A stretch of DNA of 64,000 nt from an uncultured Chloroflexia bacterium. Its GTDB lineage: Bacteria; Chloroflexota; Anaerolineae; CG2-30-64-16. Positions 50,841 to 60,869 of the stretch are shown here, in pieces. The stretch covers positions 1,442,021 through 1,506,020 of the forward strand of contig CAVZDU010000001.1 of assembly GCA_963774265.1 (NCBI GenBank), given 5' to 3'. The number at the start of each line of letters is the position of its first letter. Within the stretch, counting starts at the first letter, position 1. The position numbers were made by a program, and so were the translations under genes. The notes beneath the pieces were generated by a model. The model made no database searches and was not told the origin of the DNA. It saw only the letters and a list, made by a program, of their open reading frames with translations.

Positions 50841-51556
50841 GTGAACATACTAGGTGACCTACCATTCCAAATCGACGTTCCCGCTCTGCTTACAGACATG
50901 CGCGTGCGGCCCGGCAGCCGTCACGAGAGCGAGATTCTGACGCTGGTCGACGAGGCCCAGGGGATCGCCCGACCCAAGGCGGGCTTCAAGCTAGTATTCA
51001 TTGAGTCCAAAGGCATCGACACTATCGCGGCCGAGGGCGTCCAGTTCAAGAGCCGCGTGCTGCGGGTTCATCTGGACACGCTGGAGCGCTTTTTCCCTTA
51101 CGTGTGCACCTCGGGTGTGGAGCTCCAGGCATGGGCCGACAGCTATCTCAACGACCTGTTGCTTGGCTTCTATGCCGATGCGATCAACCAGGTCGTATTG
51201 AAGAGCGCGTTTGGCGGCTTCATGGCCCACCTGGCCACCGCCTACGGCCTGGCCAACCCTTCTGTCATGAACCCAGGTTCGCTGGGCGATTGGCCGATTC
51301 AGGAGCAGTGGCCTTTATTCAGACTCCTCGGCGATGTGGAAGGCGATCTGGGCGTGCACCTGAAGGAGTCTTGCCTCATGGTCCCGACCAAATCGATCTC
51401 CGGCATCCTGTTCCCCACAGAAGAGACTTTCGCAAGTTGCCAGCTGTGCCCGCGGAGAACTGCCCGAACCGTCGCGCACCGTATGACCCTGGATTGTTCG
51501 ACCGCAAGTTCAAGGCGCCGGTCGTTCAGGCAGAGACCGATCTGCCATTATGCTAA
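50841..51556 (+). CDS. Stand-alone B12-dependent methionine synthase activation-domain-like protein (frameshift near 51452)
   Basis: [25 protein letters not shown], then [15 protein letters not shown] completed in another frame ending at 51556. Confidence 0.75.
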
Positions 51557-51569
51557 TGTGGGAGAACGC

Positions 51570-53245
51570 ATGACGACACTTGCAGATCGTAGAGCCGCTT
51601 GGGAGCACAAGAGCGTTGCCAAGGTGCTGGCGAAGGCGCCCGAACGTTCGCCTGAGTTCGAGACCTCGTCGGGCATCCCTGTCGAGCGCGTCTACACACC
51701 CGACCACGGGGCCGAGCTCTGCCCGGCGATCGGCGACGAGTATCTGGAGAAGCTGGGCCTGCCGGGCGATTATCCGTTCACGCGCGGTGTTCAGCCCACC
51801 ATGTACCGGGGACGGTTCTGGACTATGCGCCAGTACGCCGGGTTTGGGACTGCCGCGGAAAGCAACCAGCGCTACCGCTATCTGCTCGGCCAGGGGCAGA
51901 CGGGGCTAAGCGTGGCGTTCGACCTGCCTACACAGATCGGTTACGATGCGGATGATGCGCTGGCGCTGGGCGAGGTTGGCAAGGTTGGCGTGGCTATTTC
52001 GTCCCTGGACGACATGGAGACCTTGCTCGATCAGATCCCGCTGGACAAGGTTTCCATCTCCATGACCATCAACGCGCCGGCGAGTATCCTGCTGGCGATG
52101 GTGATTGCGGTGGCGCACAAGCAGGGCGTGGCGGAGAAGGCGCTGCGGGGCACCGTGCAGAATGACATCCTCAAGGAATACATCGCGCGCGGCACCTACA
52201 TCTTCCCGCCGACTCCTTCCATGCGGCTGATCACCGACCTGTTCAGTTATTGTGCAACTAATGTGCCACACTGGAACACCATTAGCATTTCTGGTTATCA
52301 CATCCGAGAGGCGGGAAGCACGGCGGCGCAGGAGATCGCTTTTACTCTGGCCAACGCCATCGAGTATGTGAAAGCGGCGATCGAAGCGGGGCTGAAGGTG
52401 GATGATTTCGGGCCGCAGCTCGCGTTCTTCTTCAACAGCCACAACAACTTTCTGGAAGAGGTCGCCAAGTTCCGCGCGGCGCGGCGTTTGTGGGCCAGGA
52501 TCATGCGCGATCGGTTCGCGGCGCAGGATCCCAAGAGCTGGCAGCTGCGCTTCCACACCCAGACCGCGGGTTCCACGCTCACGGCTCAGCAACCGGAGAA
52601 CAACGTGGTGCGCGTGACGTTGCAGGCATTGGCCGCGGTGCTCGGCGGAACGCAGTCGCTGCACACGAACTCGCGCGATGAGGCTTTGGCGCTGCCAAGC
52701 CAGGGCGCGGTCGAGGTCGCGCTCCGCACGCAGCAGATCATCGCGTACGAGTCGGGTGTGGCCGACACGATCGACCCGCTGGCAGGCTCGTACTACCTGG
52801 AGTCGCTGACGGATGAGTTGGAGAAGCGGGCGACGGCGTACATCGAGCGGATCGATAGCATGGGTGGCGCAGCCAAGGCCATCGAGGCCGGTTATATCCA
52901 GAACGAAATTCAGGACGCCGCATACGCCGCGCTGCGGAGCATCGAGAGCAGCGAGCAGGTCGTGGTCGGCGTCAACAAGTTCCAGCGCGGCCATGACGCG
53001 CTCCCATCGGATCTGCTGAGGATCGACGAGAAGGTGCAGGCCGAGCAAGTCGCGCGGTTTGCAGCAAGTGCGCGCGGGGCGTGACAATGCGGCGGTGGAC
53101 GGTTGTCCTTGCTCGTATCAAGGCGGCGGCTCAGGATCCTGCCGCGCCGCTGATGCCGTTGTTCGTTGAGGCGGTCAGTGCGTACGCGACGCTGGGCGAG
53201 ATCTGCAACACCCTCCGCAGCGTGTTTGGTGAGTACAGGCCATAG
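51570..53245 (+). CDS. Methylmalonyl-CoA mutase large subunit (frameshifts near 53060 and 53107)
   Basis: WTMRQYAGF (Tyr) and KEYIARGT (Arg); C-terminus [17 protein letters not shown] in shifted frame; own GGAG RBS. Confidence 0.88.
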
Positions 53246-53250
53246 CAAGA

Positions 53251-53736
53251 ATGAACAAACAACCGACGAGTCGTATGTGCTTCGTCTGCGGGGAGCGGAA
53301 CCCGGCGGGCATGCACGTGCATTTTTATGAGCAGGAAGATGGATCGCTGCTGGCGAAGTTCGCCGGGGCGGACCATCACCAGAGTTACCCCGGCCGGATG
53401 CACGGCGGAGCGATCACGGCCATCCTGGACGAGACGATCGGCCGTGCGATCATGATGCGCTACGGCGAAGATATCTGGGGTGTGACCGTCGAGCTGAATG
53501 TGCGCTTTCTCAAGCCTGTGCCGCTTGAGACACCGCTGTCCGCGGTGGGCCGCATCACGGTCGACAAGTCGCGCATGTTCGAGGGAACCGGGGAATTGTT
53601 CCTCCCCGATGGCACAGTTGCAGTTCAGTGTGCGGGCAAATATCTCAAGATGGATATTACTAAGATCGCCGACTTCGACAAAGAACGCGAGGAATGGTAC
53701 GTCCGGCCGGACCCCCAATCAGAGGAAGCCCAATGA
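53251..53736 (+). CDS. PaaI-family hotdog thioesterase
   Basis: CFVCGERNP, HGGAITAILDE. Confidence 0.88.
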   Translation: MNKQPTSRMCFVCGERNPAGMHVHFYEQEDGSLLAKFAGADHHQSYPGRMHGGAITAILDETIGRAIMMRYGEDIWGVTVELNVRFLKPVPLETPLSAVGRITVDKSRMFEGTGELFLPDGTVAVQCAGKYLKMDITKIADFDKEREEWYVRPDPQSEEAQ

Positions 53737-54134
53737 CCATCAAGAAAATCGATCATATCGCCATCGTCGTTGAGAATCTGGAAAACGCGCTACTGGTCTA
53801 CCGGGATGCTCTCGGCATGACCGTGACCGATGTGCGTGAGATGCCCGAGCAGGACGTCAAGATGGCGTTTCTGCCCACGGGCGACAGCGAGATTGAGCTA
53901 CTGGAACCGATGCACGCGGATTCCGGCATCGGCAAGTACCTGGCTAAGCGCGGCGAAGGGCTGCACCACGTGTGCCTCGAAGTGGACGACATCGAGGCGA
54001 CGCTGGCCGACCTGAAGGCAAAGGGTGCTCAGCTTATCGACGAAGCGCCCAAGCAGGGCGCCTATGGTCGCATTGCGTTCATCCATCCGAAGGGTGCACA
54101 CGGTGTGCTCGTCGAGCTGGTGCAACGCGACTGA
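53733..54134 (+). CDS. mce: Methylmalonyl-CoA epimerase
   Basis: IDHIAIVV, EIELLEP, GEGLHHVCLEV, FIHPKGAHGVLVELV. Confidence 0.93.
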   Translation: MTIKKIDHIAIVVENLENALLVYRDALGMTVTDVREMPEQDVKMAFLPTGDSEIELLEPMHADSGIGKYLAKRGEGLHHVCLEVDDIEATLADLKAKGAQLIDEAPKQGAYGRIAFIHPKGAHGVLVELVQRD

Positions 54135-54155
54135 AAGGAAACGTCGGCAACGCAA

Positions 54156-55436
54156 GTGAAGAGTGTCTTTCGCCGGCTGAGCCCCGCCAATCTCCTGGCG
54201 CTTCACCGGCCCCCAGACCAGGCGTTGACGCCGGCCCAGTTGGATGCCAACATCCATCACCTGGTGGGCGACATCGCCTGGTTCGGCATTCTGTGGGGCT
54301 CGCTCGTCGCATTCCTGCAAGTCTACATTGTCCGGTTGGGGGCATCCAGCTTCCTGGTTAGCGCCATTACCTACGGCCCGGCGCTGATCGCCATCTTTCT
54401 GCAAATCCCTGCGGGCAAGCTGATCCAGCGCACCGGCCACCGGATGCGGTGGGTGATTGCCAGCGGCCTGGCTTACCGGGCGTTCTTCCTGGCTGTCGCG
54501 TTGATCCCATTCCTCCTCATACGGGGCCGCGCCGAAGCCACAGCGCTCGTGTGGGTTCTGTCGGCCTGGGGCTCGAGCTTCAGCAACATCGCCTTTCTGT
54601 CGATGATGGCGGATGCGGTGACCGAGGATGACAGGCCGAGGATGATCAGTATGCGGTTCGCCGCGTTCGGGCTGATGAACACCATCACGACTCTGGCTGC
54701 GGGACTGCTGCTGCAGCTGCTGCTCTTCCCACTCAACTACCAGATCTTGTTCCTGATTGGTTTCGCCGGCTCCATGGTGAGTTGGTGGCACGTCCGGCAG
54801 ATTCACGTGCCGGACCTGCCGCCAGTTGCTAAGCAACCAGGGTCATTCTGGCGCAGCATGGGCGGCGTGCTCCGGTTTCCCGGCTACCTGCGGTTCGTAG
54901 TGGCTGTCTTCTTCCTGCAGTTGGCGCTCGGCATGACTGCGCCGTTGTTGCCCCTCTACTGGGTGCGCGGCCTCAATGCGAGCGACTCGCAGGTTAGCGT
55001 GGTGTTGAGCACAGCGACCGGCGCCATGGTGGTGGGCTCATTGCTCATGCGTAGGACAGTGGAACGGATCGGCCGCGAGCGCGCGCTGGCCATCGGCGGC
55101 GCGGGGTATATGTTGTACCCGTTGTTGACGTCGTTTACAGCTTCGATGTGGTGGCTGATCCCGTGGGCCGCGCTGTCCGGCCTGTTCACCGCGGCGATCA
55201 ATGTGAATCTATTCGATAACCTGGTGTCCGTGACGCCGACAGCCGACCGGATGAACCACATGGCCATTTACAGCACCTTCCAGAATGGGGCGTTGTTATT
55301 AGGGCCGATCCTTGCGAGCGTGGTGGCCGATGGCGGTGGCGGGCCCGTGCTGGGGCTGCGTGTGGCTGCGGGCGTGGGACTGGTCGCGGGCGTGCTGCTT
55401 GCGCTTCGACGTCCGGCCGGGGAGATGCCGGTTTAA
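54156..55436 (+). CDS. MFS transporter
   Basis: About 12 hydrophobic segments in two halves. Confidence 0.82.
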   Translation: MKSVFRRLSPANLLALHRPPDQALTPAQLDANIHHLVGDIAWFGILWGSLVAFLQVYIVRLGASSFLVSAITYGPALIAIFLQIPAGKLIQRTGHRMRWVIASGLAYRAFFLAVALIPFLLIRGRAEATALVWVLSAWGSSFSNIAFLSMMADAVTEDDRPRMISMRFAAFGLMNTITTLAAGLLLQLLLFPLNYQILFLIGFAGSMVSWWHVRQIHVPDLPPVAKQPGSFWRSMGGVLRFPGYLRFVVAVFFLQLALGMTAPLLPLYWVRGLNASDSQVSVVLSTATGAMVVGSLLMRRTVERIGRERALAIGGAGYMLYPLLTSFTASMWWLIPWAALSGLFTAAINVNLFDNLVSVTPTADRMNHMAIYSTFQNGALLLGPILASVVADGGGGPVLGLRVAAGVGLVAGVLLALRRPAGEMPV

Positions 55437-55630
55437 CCCGTGCCGGGTATTGGGAACCATCCTTGCAGACGCGAAGCTTACCTTAAAAATATACTATATT
55501 CGTAGATTTGCCTGTACTTCAACGAATAATAGCGTATCTTTTTGTAGCCGCGCTACGTCATCGATTGTGTATAGGCGCATTGCGCCAGACATATTCGAGC
55601 AAAACACACCCTGTGTGTAGGAGACGTTGC

Positions 55631-56093
55631 ATGGCACTGTATTCTCGATCGCTCAAGGCTGATGAGAAGCCGAAGCTGGAAGAACTGGCAAGGGGCATGG
55701 ATGAGGAACTGGCACGACGTGCACAGATCGTTCTGCTCTCCGCCCAGCGCACGGGCGTATACGAAATCGGTTCGACCGTCGGCCTTCATCCGATCAATGT
55801 TCGCAAATGGATCCACCGTTTCAATCGGTTGGGCCTTAAGGGGCTTTCCTCGCGCCGATCACCTGGGCGACCGCGGCTGTTCAGCCGGCAGCAACGTGAG
55901 GCAATCGTGGGTTTGGCGACCACCGATCCGCGCGGCGTTGGGACTGGAATTTGACGCCTGGTCGCTGCAGCGACTGCGCTCCCAGTTGATCGAGCGCGGC
56001 GTGATGGACGAAGTCAGTGCGGAAACGATCCGGCAGCAACTGCTGCAGAGTGGCCTGGCTTTTGACGAGCGGCGCTGGGTTTCCGCGCCGTAA
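55631..56093 (+). CDS. IS630-like HTH domain protein lacking DDE domain (frameshift near 55935)
   Basis: RRAQIVLLS, VRKWIHRFN..GL, PGRPR, WSLQRL, VSAETIR; AGGAG RBS; stop at 56093. Confidence 0.7.
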
Positions 56094-56468
56094 TCTACGG
56101 ATTAAGGACCTCTGGCAGCGCCTGCCCGACCCCGACGGCCGGGCAGGCGCTTGAGCGAGTAGTCTTCGTATTCCCCCGTAAGATGATTCTGACGACGCTG
56201 GTCTGAACCGGCCTTCATCTGCCGGTATTGTCCTTCGAAGCCTTCCTGCCTCCCAAAACAGGTGCAGCCGGCCAAACTGCATAACACTCTCCGACCTGGC
56301 CGCGCATCCCGGATCTCGATCATGTAACCAGGCGCGACACCCGACTCGGGTCGGGTCCAAGTCAGGTCCACAGCCCCGTGCCCTCCGCCAGGATCAGCAG
56401 TATGCTAGCGGCAGTGAGATGAGGCTCGACCTCACTCGAAGGTGGAACCACCCAGCAGGAGGAAGACA

Positions 56469-57386
56469 ATGAACGGCGATGTAGTACTAGCAACTTATGA
56501 CCTTAAGAAGCACTTCGGCTCGGTAGCAGCCGTCAACGGGATCAGCCTCGAAGTGCGCCGGGGCGAGGTGTTTGGTTTCCTCGGGCCCAACGGCGCGGGG
56601 AAGAGCACCACCATTGGCATGCTGCTCGGCCTTCTGCATCCGACCGCCGGCGGGGTTGAGATCTTCGGCGAGCCGGTGACACCGCGCCACACCCGTGCCC
56701 TGCGCCGCACCGGCGCCCTGCTCGGCAGCCCGGGGCTCTACCCCTACCTGTCTGGCCGGGACAACCTGGCGCTGCTGGCACGGCTGAGCCCGAAGGTCAG
56801 CCGAGGGCGCGTCGACGAGGTCCTGGCCCAGGTTGCGCTGACCGAAGCGGCCGGGCGCAAGATGAGCAGCTACTCGACGGGCATGAAGCAGCGACTGGGA
56901 TTGGCCGCCGCCCTCCTGGCAGGGCCCGAGCTGCTGATCCTCGACGAGCCGACCAACGGCCTGGACCCCTCCGGCATGCGCGACATGCGCGAGCTCGTGC
57001 GAAGCCTGGCCGGCGAAGGCATGACGGTGTTCCTGAGCAGCCACCTGCTGCACGAGGTCGAACAGGTCTGCGACCGGGTGGCCGTACTGAACAGCGGCCG
57101 TGTCGTGGCGCAGGGCCCGGTCGGAGAATTGCTCGGCGGCCAGATCATCGTGCGGGTGGCGGTGCCCGCCCCTCAGGAGGCAGCGGCCCTGCTGCGAACC
57201 CTGCCGGGCGTGCAGGAGATCAAGGTCAACGGACGGGGGCTCGAGGTGAGCGGCCTGTCCAGCCAAGCGGTCGTCGCGCACCTGACGGCCAATGGGCTGG
57301 TGCCCAGCGAAGTAACGGCCGGATGCGAGGACCTGGAGAGCGTCTTCCTGACACTGACGGAGAGCCAGGCCGAAGACCACAAATAG
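56469..57386 (+). CDS. ABC-2 type exporter ATP-binding protein (BcrA-like)
   Basis: GPNGAGKST, YSTGMKQR, LILDEPTNGLDP, SSH. Confidence 0.92.
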   Translation: MNGDVVLATYDLKKHFGSVAAVNGISLEVRRGEVFGFLGPNGAGKSTTIGMLLGLLHPTAGGVEIFGEPVTPRHTRALRRTGALLGSPGLYPYLSGRDNLALLARLSPKVSRGRVDEVLAQVALTEAAGRKMSSYSTGMKQRLGLAAALLAGPELLILDEPTNGLDPSGMRDMRELVRSLAGEGMTVFLSSHLLHEVEQVCDRVAVLNSGRVVAQGPVGELLGGQIIVRVAVPAPQEAAALLRTLPGVQEIKVNGRGLEVSGLSSQAVVAHLTANGLVPSEVTAGCEDLESVFLTLTESQAEDHK

Positions 57387-57416
57387 ACTGCTATGGTAGA
57401 GTCAGAGGAGGCTAAA

Positions 57417-58289
57417 ATGTTTGGGAATCTGATCCGAGTCGAGGACTACAAGCTGCTCCGGCGGCGGATGTTGTGGATTATGATCGCTCTGGCGGTGCTG
57501 CTCACGCTCGCCAGCCTGATCATGCAGTACGTCAACGCCATGGGCGCGGGCAACCCGTTGATCACCTCTGAGGCCCGGCAGGCCATGCAGAGCCAGGCGC
57601 AGGCTGACATCACCTGGCCCACCGCGCCGGCAGCCGTGGTGAGGAGCGCGGGCGCACTTAGCTGGCTGCTGATGATCGTGCTGATCGGCGCCGCTACGGC
57701 CCAGGAGTATTCGTGGCACACCCTGCATCTCTGGCTCGGCCGCGGGGTTCCACGGCTGACCATCCTCATTGCGAAGACGGCAGCCCTGGCCCTGCCGGCG
57801 CTGCTGGTCGTCTTGCTGCCGCTCGTTGGCGGCTTGCTCCTGACCGCAGCCATGACCATCGTTCGGACCGGCAGCCTTGACCTGGCGCAGGTCAACTTCG
57901 GCTGGCTTGTTCTGAGCACCGTGCTCACCGCCTACGCGGCGCTGCCCTACGCGGCCTTCGCCTTTCTGCTGGCCGTCGCCACTCGTACTCAAGCGGCGCC
58001 TCTCGGCGGTGGCATGGCCCTCTGGGTCCTGAGCCTGGTCCTGGTCAGCAGCAAGAGTCCGGCGGGCCCGTTCACGCCGATCGGCCTGGCCGGGGCCCTG
58101 GAGACCGTCTACGCCGGCATCGCCCGCTCGGCCTCGGCTGTCCCGGCTGCCGACCTTGTCGCTGCCTTCGGGTTTGCCCCCAGCGGCCTCCTGGGTCCCG
58201 GCGCCGCGATCCTCGGCATTGCCGCCTGGGTCGTGGTGTGCGTAGGGATGGCTGAGCTGATCTTCCGCCGCCAGGACCTGACGGACTGA
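57417..58289 (+). CDS. ABC-2 type exporter permease
   Basis: Six TM segments, QEYSWHT motif, FRRQDL C-terminus. Confidence 0.85.
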   Translation: MFGNLIRVEDYKLLRRRMLWIMIALAVLLTLASLIMQYVNAMGAGNPLITSEARQAMQSQAQADITWPTAPAAVVRSAGALSWLLMIVLIGAATAQEYSWHTLHLWLGRGVPRLTILIAKTAALALPALLVVLLPLVGGLLLTAAMTIVRTGSLDLAQVNFGWLVLSTVLTAYAALPYAAFAFLLAVATRTQAAPLGGGMALWVLSLVLVSSKSPAGPFTPIGLAGALETVYAGIARSASAVPAADLVAAFGFAPSGLLGPGAAILGIAAWVVVCVGMAELIFRRQDLTD

Positions 58290-58425
58290 GGCGGCCGCCT
58301 CAGTCCGGGGCGCTGGCCCCCCGCCGCACCCGGCTTCTCTCAAGCGAGGAAAGCCGGGTGCGGACGCGAGGCCTCCGGGAAACTCACCGGCGCGCGCAAG
58401 GCCGATCGGTGATAGAATAATCAGC

Positions 58426-59985
58426 ATGAAGCCCAGGTTTGCATCGTTGCGACGCCTCCGTTGGAAGCTCACCTTCAGTTATGCCCTCGTCACCGCCGCC
58501 GCGCTGCTGGCGGTCGAGCTGGCGATTCTCGCTTATGCGTTCGCGGCCCTGGTGCCACTGCTGCGCTCGCCCGACGCCGGTCTTGTGGGCTCTGTCGTCA
58601 ACGCTTTCTCTACCACCACTGCCTGGCAGGTCCAGCCGTATCTGGATCGGGAGACGCCTGATATCGATGGCCTGCGGGCGGCGCTCGCTAAAGTCGGCGA
58701 GCAGCTGAGGCCTGGGCTGAGGCCTGGGCCGTCGCCTGCGGGGGCGCCGCAGAGCGTTGCGCGGGCCGAGGACCTTGCCGGTCTGGACCTGGCTGTGATG
58801 GTGTTTGATACCCGCTATCGCCTGTTGGGCTCGATCCCGGCTCTGCCTGCCGGCGAGATCGAGCCGACTTTTTCGCTATCCCTGGTCCCCGGCCTGGAGA
58901 CGGGGCTGGCGGCGGTGCTGAGCGCAGGGCAAGAGGGGATATTTCTGCCACCCAAGCCCGGCGCCACGCACCATCTGCACGTGTCGGCGGTGAAGGGCAG
59001 CGACGGCCGGGTCCTGGCGGCGGTGGTCGCGTTCGCGACGCCGGGCGTTATCTCCGCGATGGTACCCGCCATCATCACCAGCAGCCTCGCCTTAGTCGGC
59101 GGCAGCTTGATCGCATTTCTCGTCCTCGCCAGCGTGGCCGGCACCGTCTTTGGTTTCTTCACCGCGCGCGGGCTCAGCCGGCGCCTCGACCGCCTCGAAC
59201 GCGCGGCCGGGGCCTGGAGCCAGGGCGACTTCTCAGCTTTCGTGGAGGACCGCTCAGGCGATGAGTTGGGCAGGCTGGCGCGAACGCTCAATAGCATGGC
59301 GCAGCAATTGCAGAACCTGCTGCATGTGCGCCAGGAGCTGGCGGGGCTGCGCGAACGCGAGCGGCTGGCCCGGGAGCTGCACGACAGCGTCAAGCAGCAG
59401 ATCTTCGCGGCGGCGATGCAACTGGGCGCAGCGGAGGCCTCCCTCGACCGCGACCCGGCGACCGCCCGGCTGCGCCTGCAACAGGCGCGCGAGTCGACGT
59501 CGCAGGCGCAGCATGACCTGGCGTCCTTGATCCAGCAGATGCACTCCGCCGGGGCGGTGGAGGGCGGGCTGGCGCCGGCTCTCCGGAAATACCTGGCCGC
59601 GTGGTCAAGCCAGACCGGCGTGGCAGTGGTAAGCGCACTGCCCGACGAGCCGGCGCTGGCGGGCAGCACCGTCGAGCAGGCCTTGTACCGGGTGGTGCAA
59701 GAAGCGCTTGCGAACGTGGCCCGGCATAGTGGCGCCGGTCACGTGTGGGTTGATTTGGCCTGCAAGGCGGAAGAACTGGTGCTGCACATCAGGGACGACG
59801 GGCACGGTTTCGACGTGGCTGCGGCTCTCGGCCAGGGAATCGGCCTGAGTTCGATGCGCGAGCGAGTCGAGGCGCTGGGCGGCACGCTCGAGATCCGCAG
59901 CGCAAGCGGGCAGGGCACCGAGGTGGTGGCGCGCTGCCCGCTCGTGGGCAACCAGCGTCCCATGGGCAGAGAGGAGCCGGCATGA
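58426..59985 (+). CDS. Membrane sensor histidine kinase (HAMP, HisKA_3; LiaS-like)
   Basis: Two TM segments, HAMP, RLARELHDSVKQ, EALANVARH, DDGHG, GIGL. Confidence 0.92.
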   Translation: MKPRFASLRRLRWKLTFSYALVTAAALLAVELAILAYAFAALVPLLRSPDAGLVGSVVNAFSTTTAWQVQPYLDRETPDIDGLRAALAKVGEQLRPGLRPGPSPAGAPQSVARAEDLAGLDLAVMVFDTRYRLLGSIPALPAGEIEPTFSLSLVPGLETGLAAVLSAGQEGIFLPPKPGATHHLHVSAVKGSDGRVLAAVVAFATPGVISAMVPAIITSSLALVGGSLIAFLVLASVAGTVFGFFTARGLSRRLDRLERAAGAWSQGDFSAFVEDRSGDELGRLARTLNSMAQQLQNLLHVRQELAGLRERERLARELHDSVKQQIFAAAMQLGAAEASLDRDPATARLRLQQARESTSQAQHDLASLIQQMHSAGAVEGGLAPALRKYLAAWSSQTGVAVVSALPDEPALAGSTVEQALYRVVQEALANVARHSGAGHVWVDLACKAEELVLHIRDDGHGFDVAAALGQGIGLSSMRERVEALGGTLEIRSASGQGTEVVARCPLVGNQRPMGREEPA

Positions 59986-60638
59986 GTGAGCCGATCACCG
60001 TCCTGATCGTGGACGACCATCCATTGGTGCGGCAGGGGATCCGTGCCTACATGGAGACGCAGCCGGACCTGGCAGTGGTGGGCGATGCCGGCTCCGGCCA
60101 GCAGGCGGTCGTACTGGCCGGCCAGTGCGTGCCTGACGTGGTGGTGATGGACCTGGCTATGCCGGGCATGGACGGCGTAGAAGCGATTCGCCAGGTCAAG
60201 CGGATCAGCCCGCGCACCCAGGTTGTAGTCCTCACGTCATTTCATGACGACCGGTACGTCTTCCCTGCCGTGCGGGCGGGCGCGCTTTCCTATCTGCTGA
60301 AGGATGCCGGTCCGGAGGAACTGGCTGACGCCGTGCGCCGGGCCATGGCCGGCGAGGCTGTGATCCATCCCCGGGTGGCCGCCCGCCTGATCCACGAAGT
60401 CAGTGGCGCGCATGGCGACGCTCTTAATCCCTTCACCGAGCTGACCGAGCGCGAGATGGAAGTGCTGCGGCTCATTGCGGCCGGCATGGCTAACCACGAA
60501 ATCGCCGAGCGCCTGGTAGTGAGCGAGAAGACGGTGAAGGGCCACGTAAGCAACATTCTCAGCAAGCTGCACCTGTCCGACCGTACTCAGGCAGCTGTCC
60601 TTGCCTGGCGGGAAGGCGTCGTTCGCGGCCAGGGCTAG
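59982..60638 (+). CDS. NarL/LiaR-family response regulator
   Basis: VDDH, MDLAMP, LTEREMEVL, TVKGHVSNILSKL. Confidence 0.93.
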   Translation: MSEPITVLIVDDHPLVRQGIRAYMETQPDLAVVGDAGSGQQAVVLAGQCVPDVVVMDLAMPGMDGVEAIRQVKRISPRTQVVVLTSFHDDRYVFPAVRAGALSYLLKDAGPEELADAVRRAMAGEAVIHPRVAARLIHEVSGAHGDALNPFTELTEREMEVLRLIAAGMANHEIAERLVVSEKTVKGHVSNILSKLHLSDRTQAAVLAWREGVVRGQG

Positions 60639-60869
60639 GGTATGCCTTTCTGGTGTTCGAATGACCCACGTCACAAGCCGGCCGCCTGATCCGTCTGGCT
60701 TAGGGGGCCAGTGGCTTCAGCGCCCGATTCTGCCCACGACCTCGTTACAGTAAAGGGCAAACGGAACCCAACACTACCTGCCACCAGGTCCGGTTTCAGC
60801 GTCCGGGCGGCCGTGACACGATGGCACACGATGACGCAGACCGGGTGAGTCAAGAAGGAGAGAAGGCCG

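Noticed and set aside
50841-53084. 747-aa ORF suggesting a MetH activation domain-mutase fusion
   Set aside because: The natural Cys-rich C-terminus of the first gene continues in another frame to a stop at 51556 and the mutase has its own RBS/ATG at 51570; the fusion is created by a frameshift.
56102-56371. 89-aa minus-strand ORF
   Set aside because: No RBS, motif or recognisable fold; cannot be supported.
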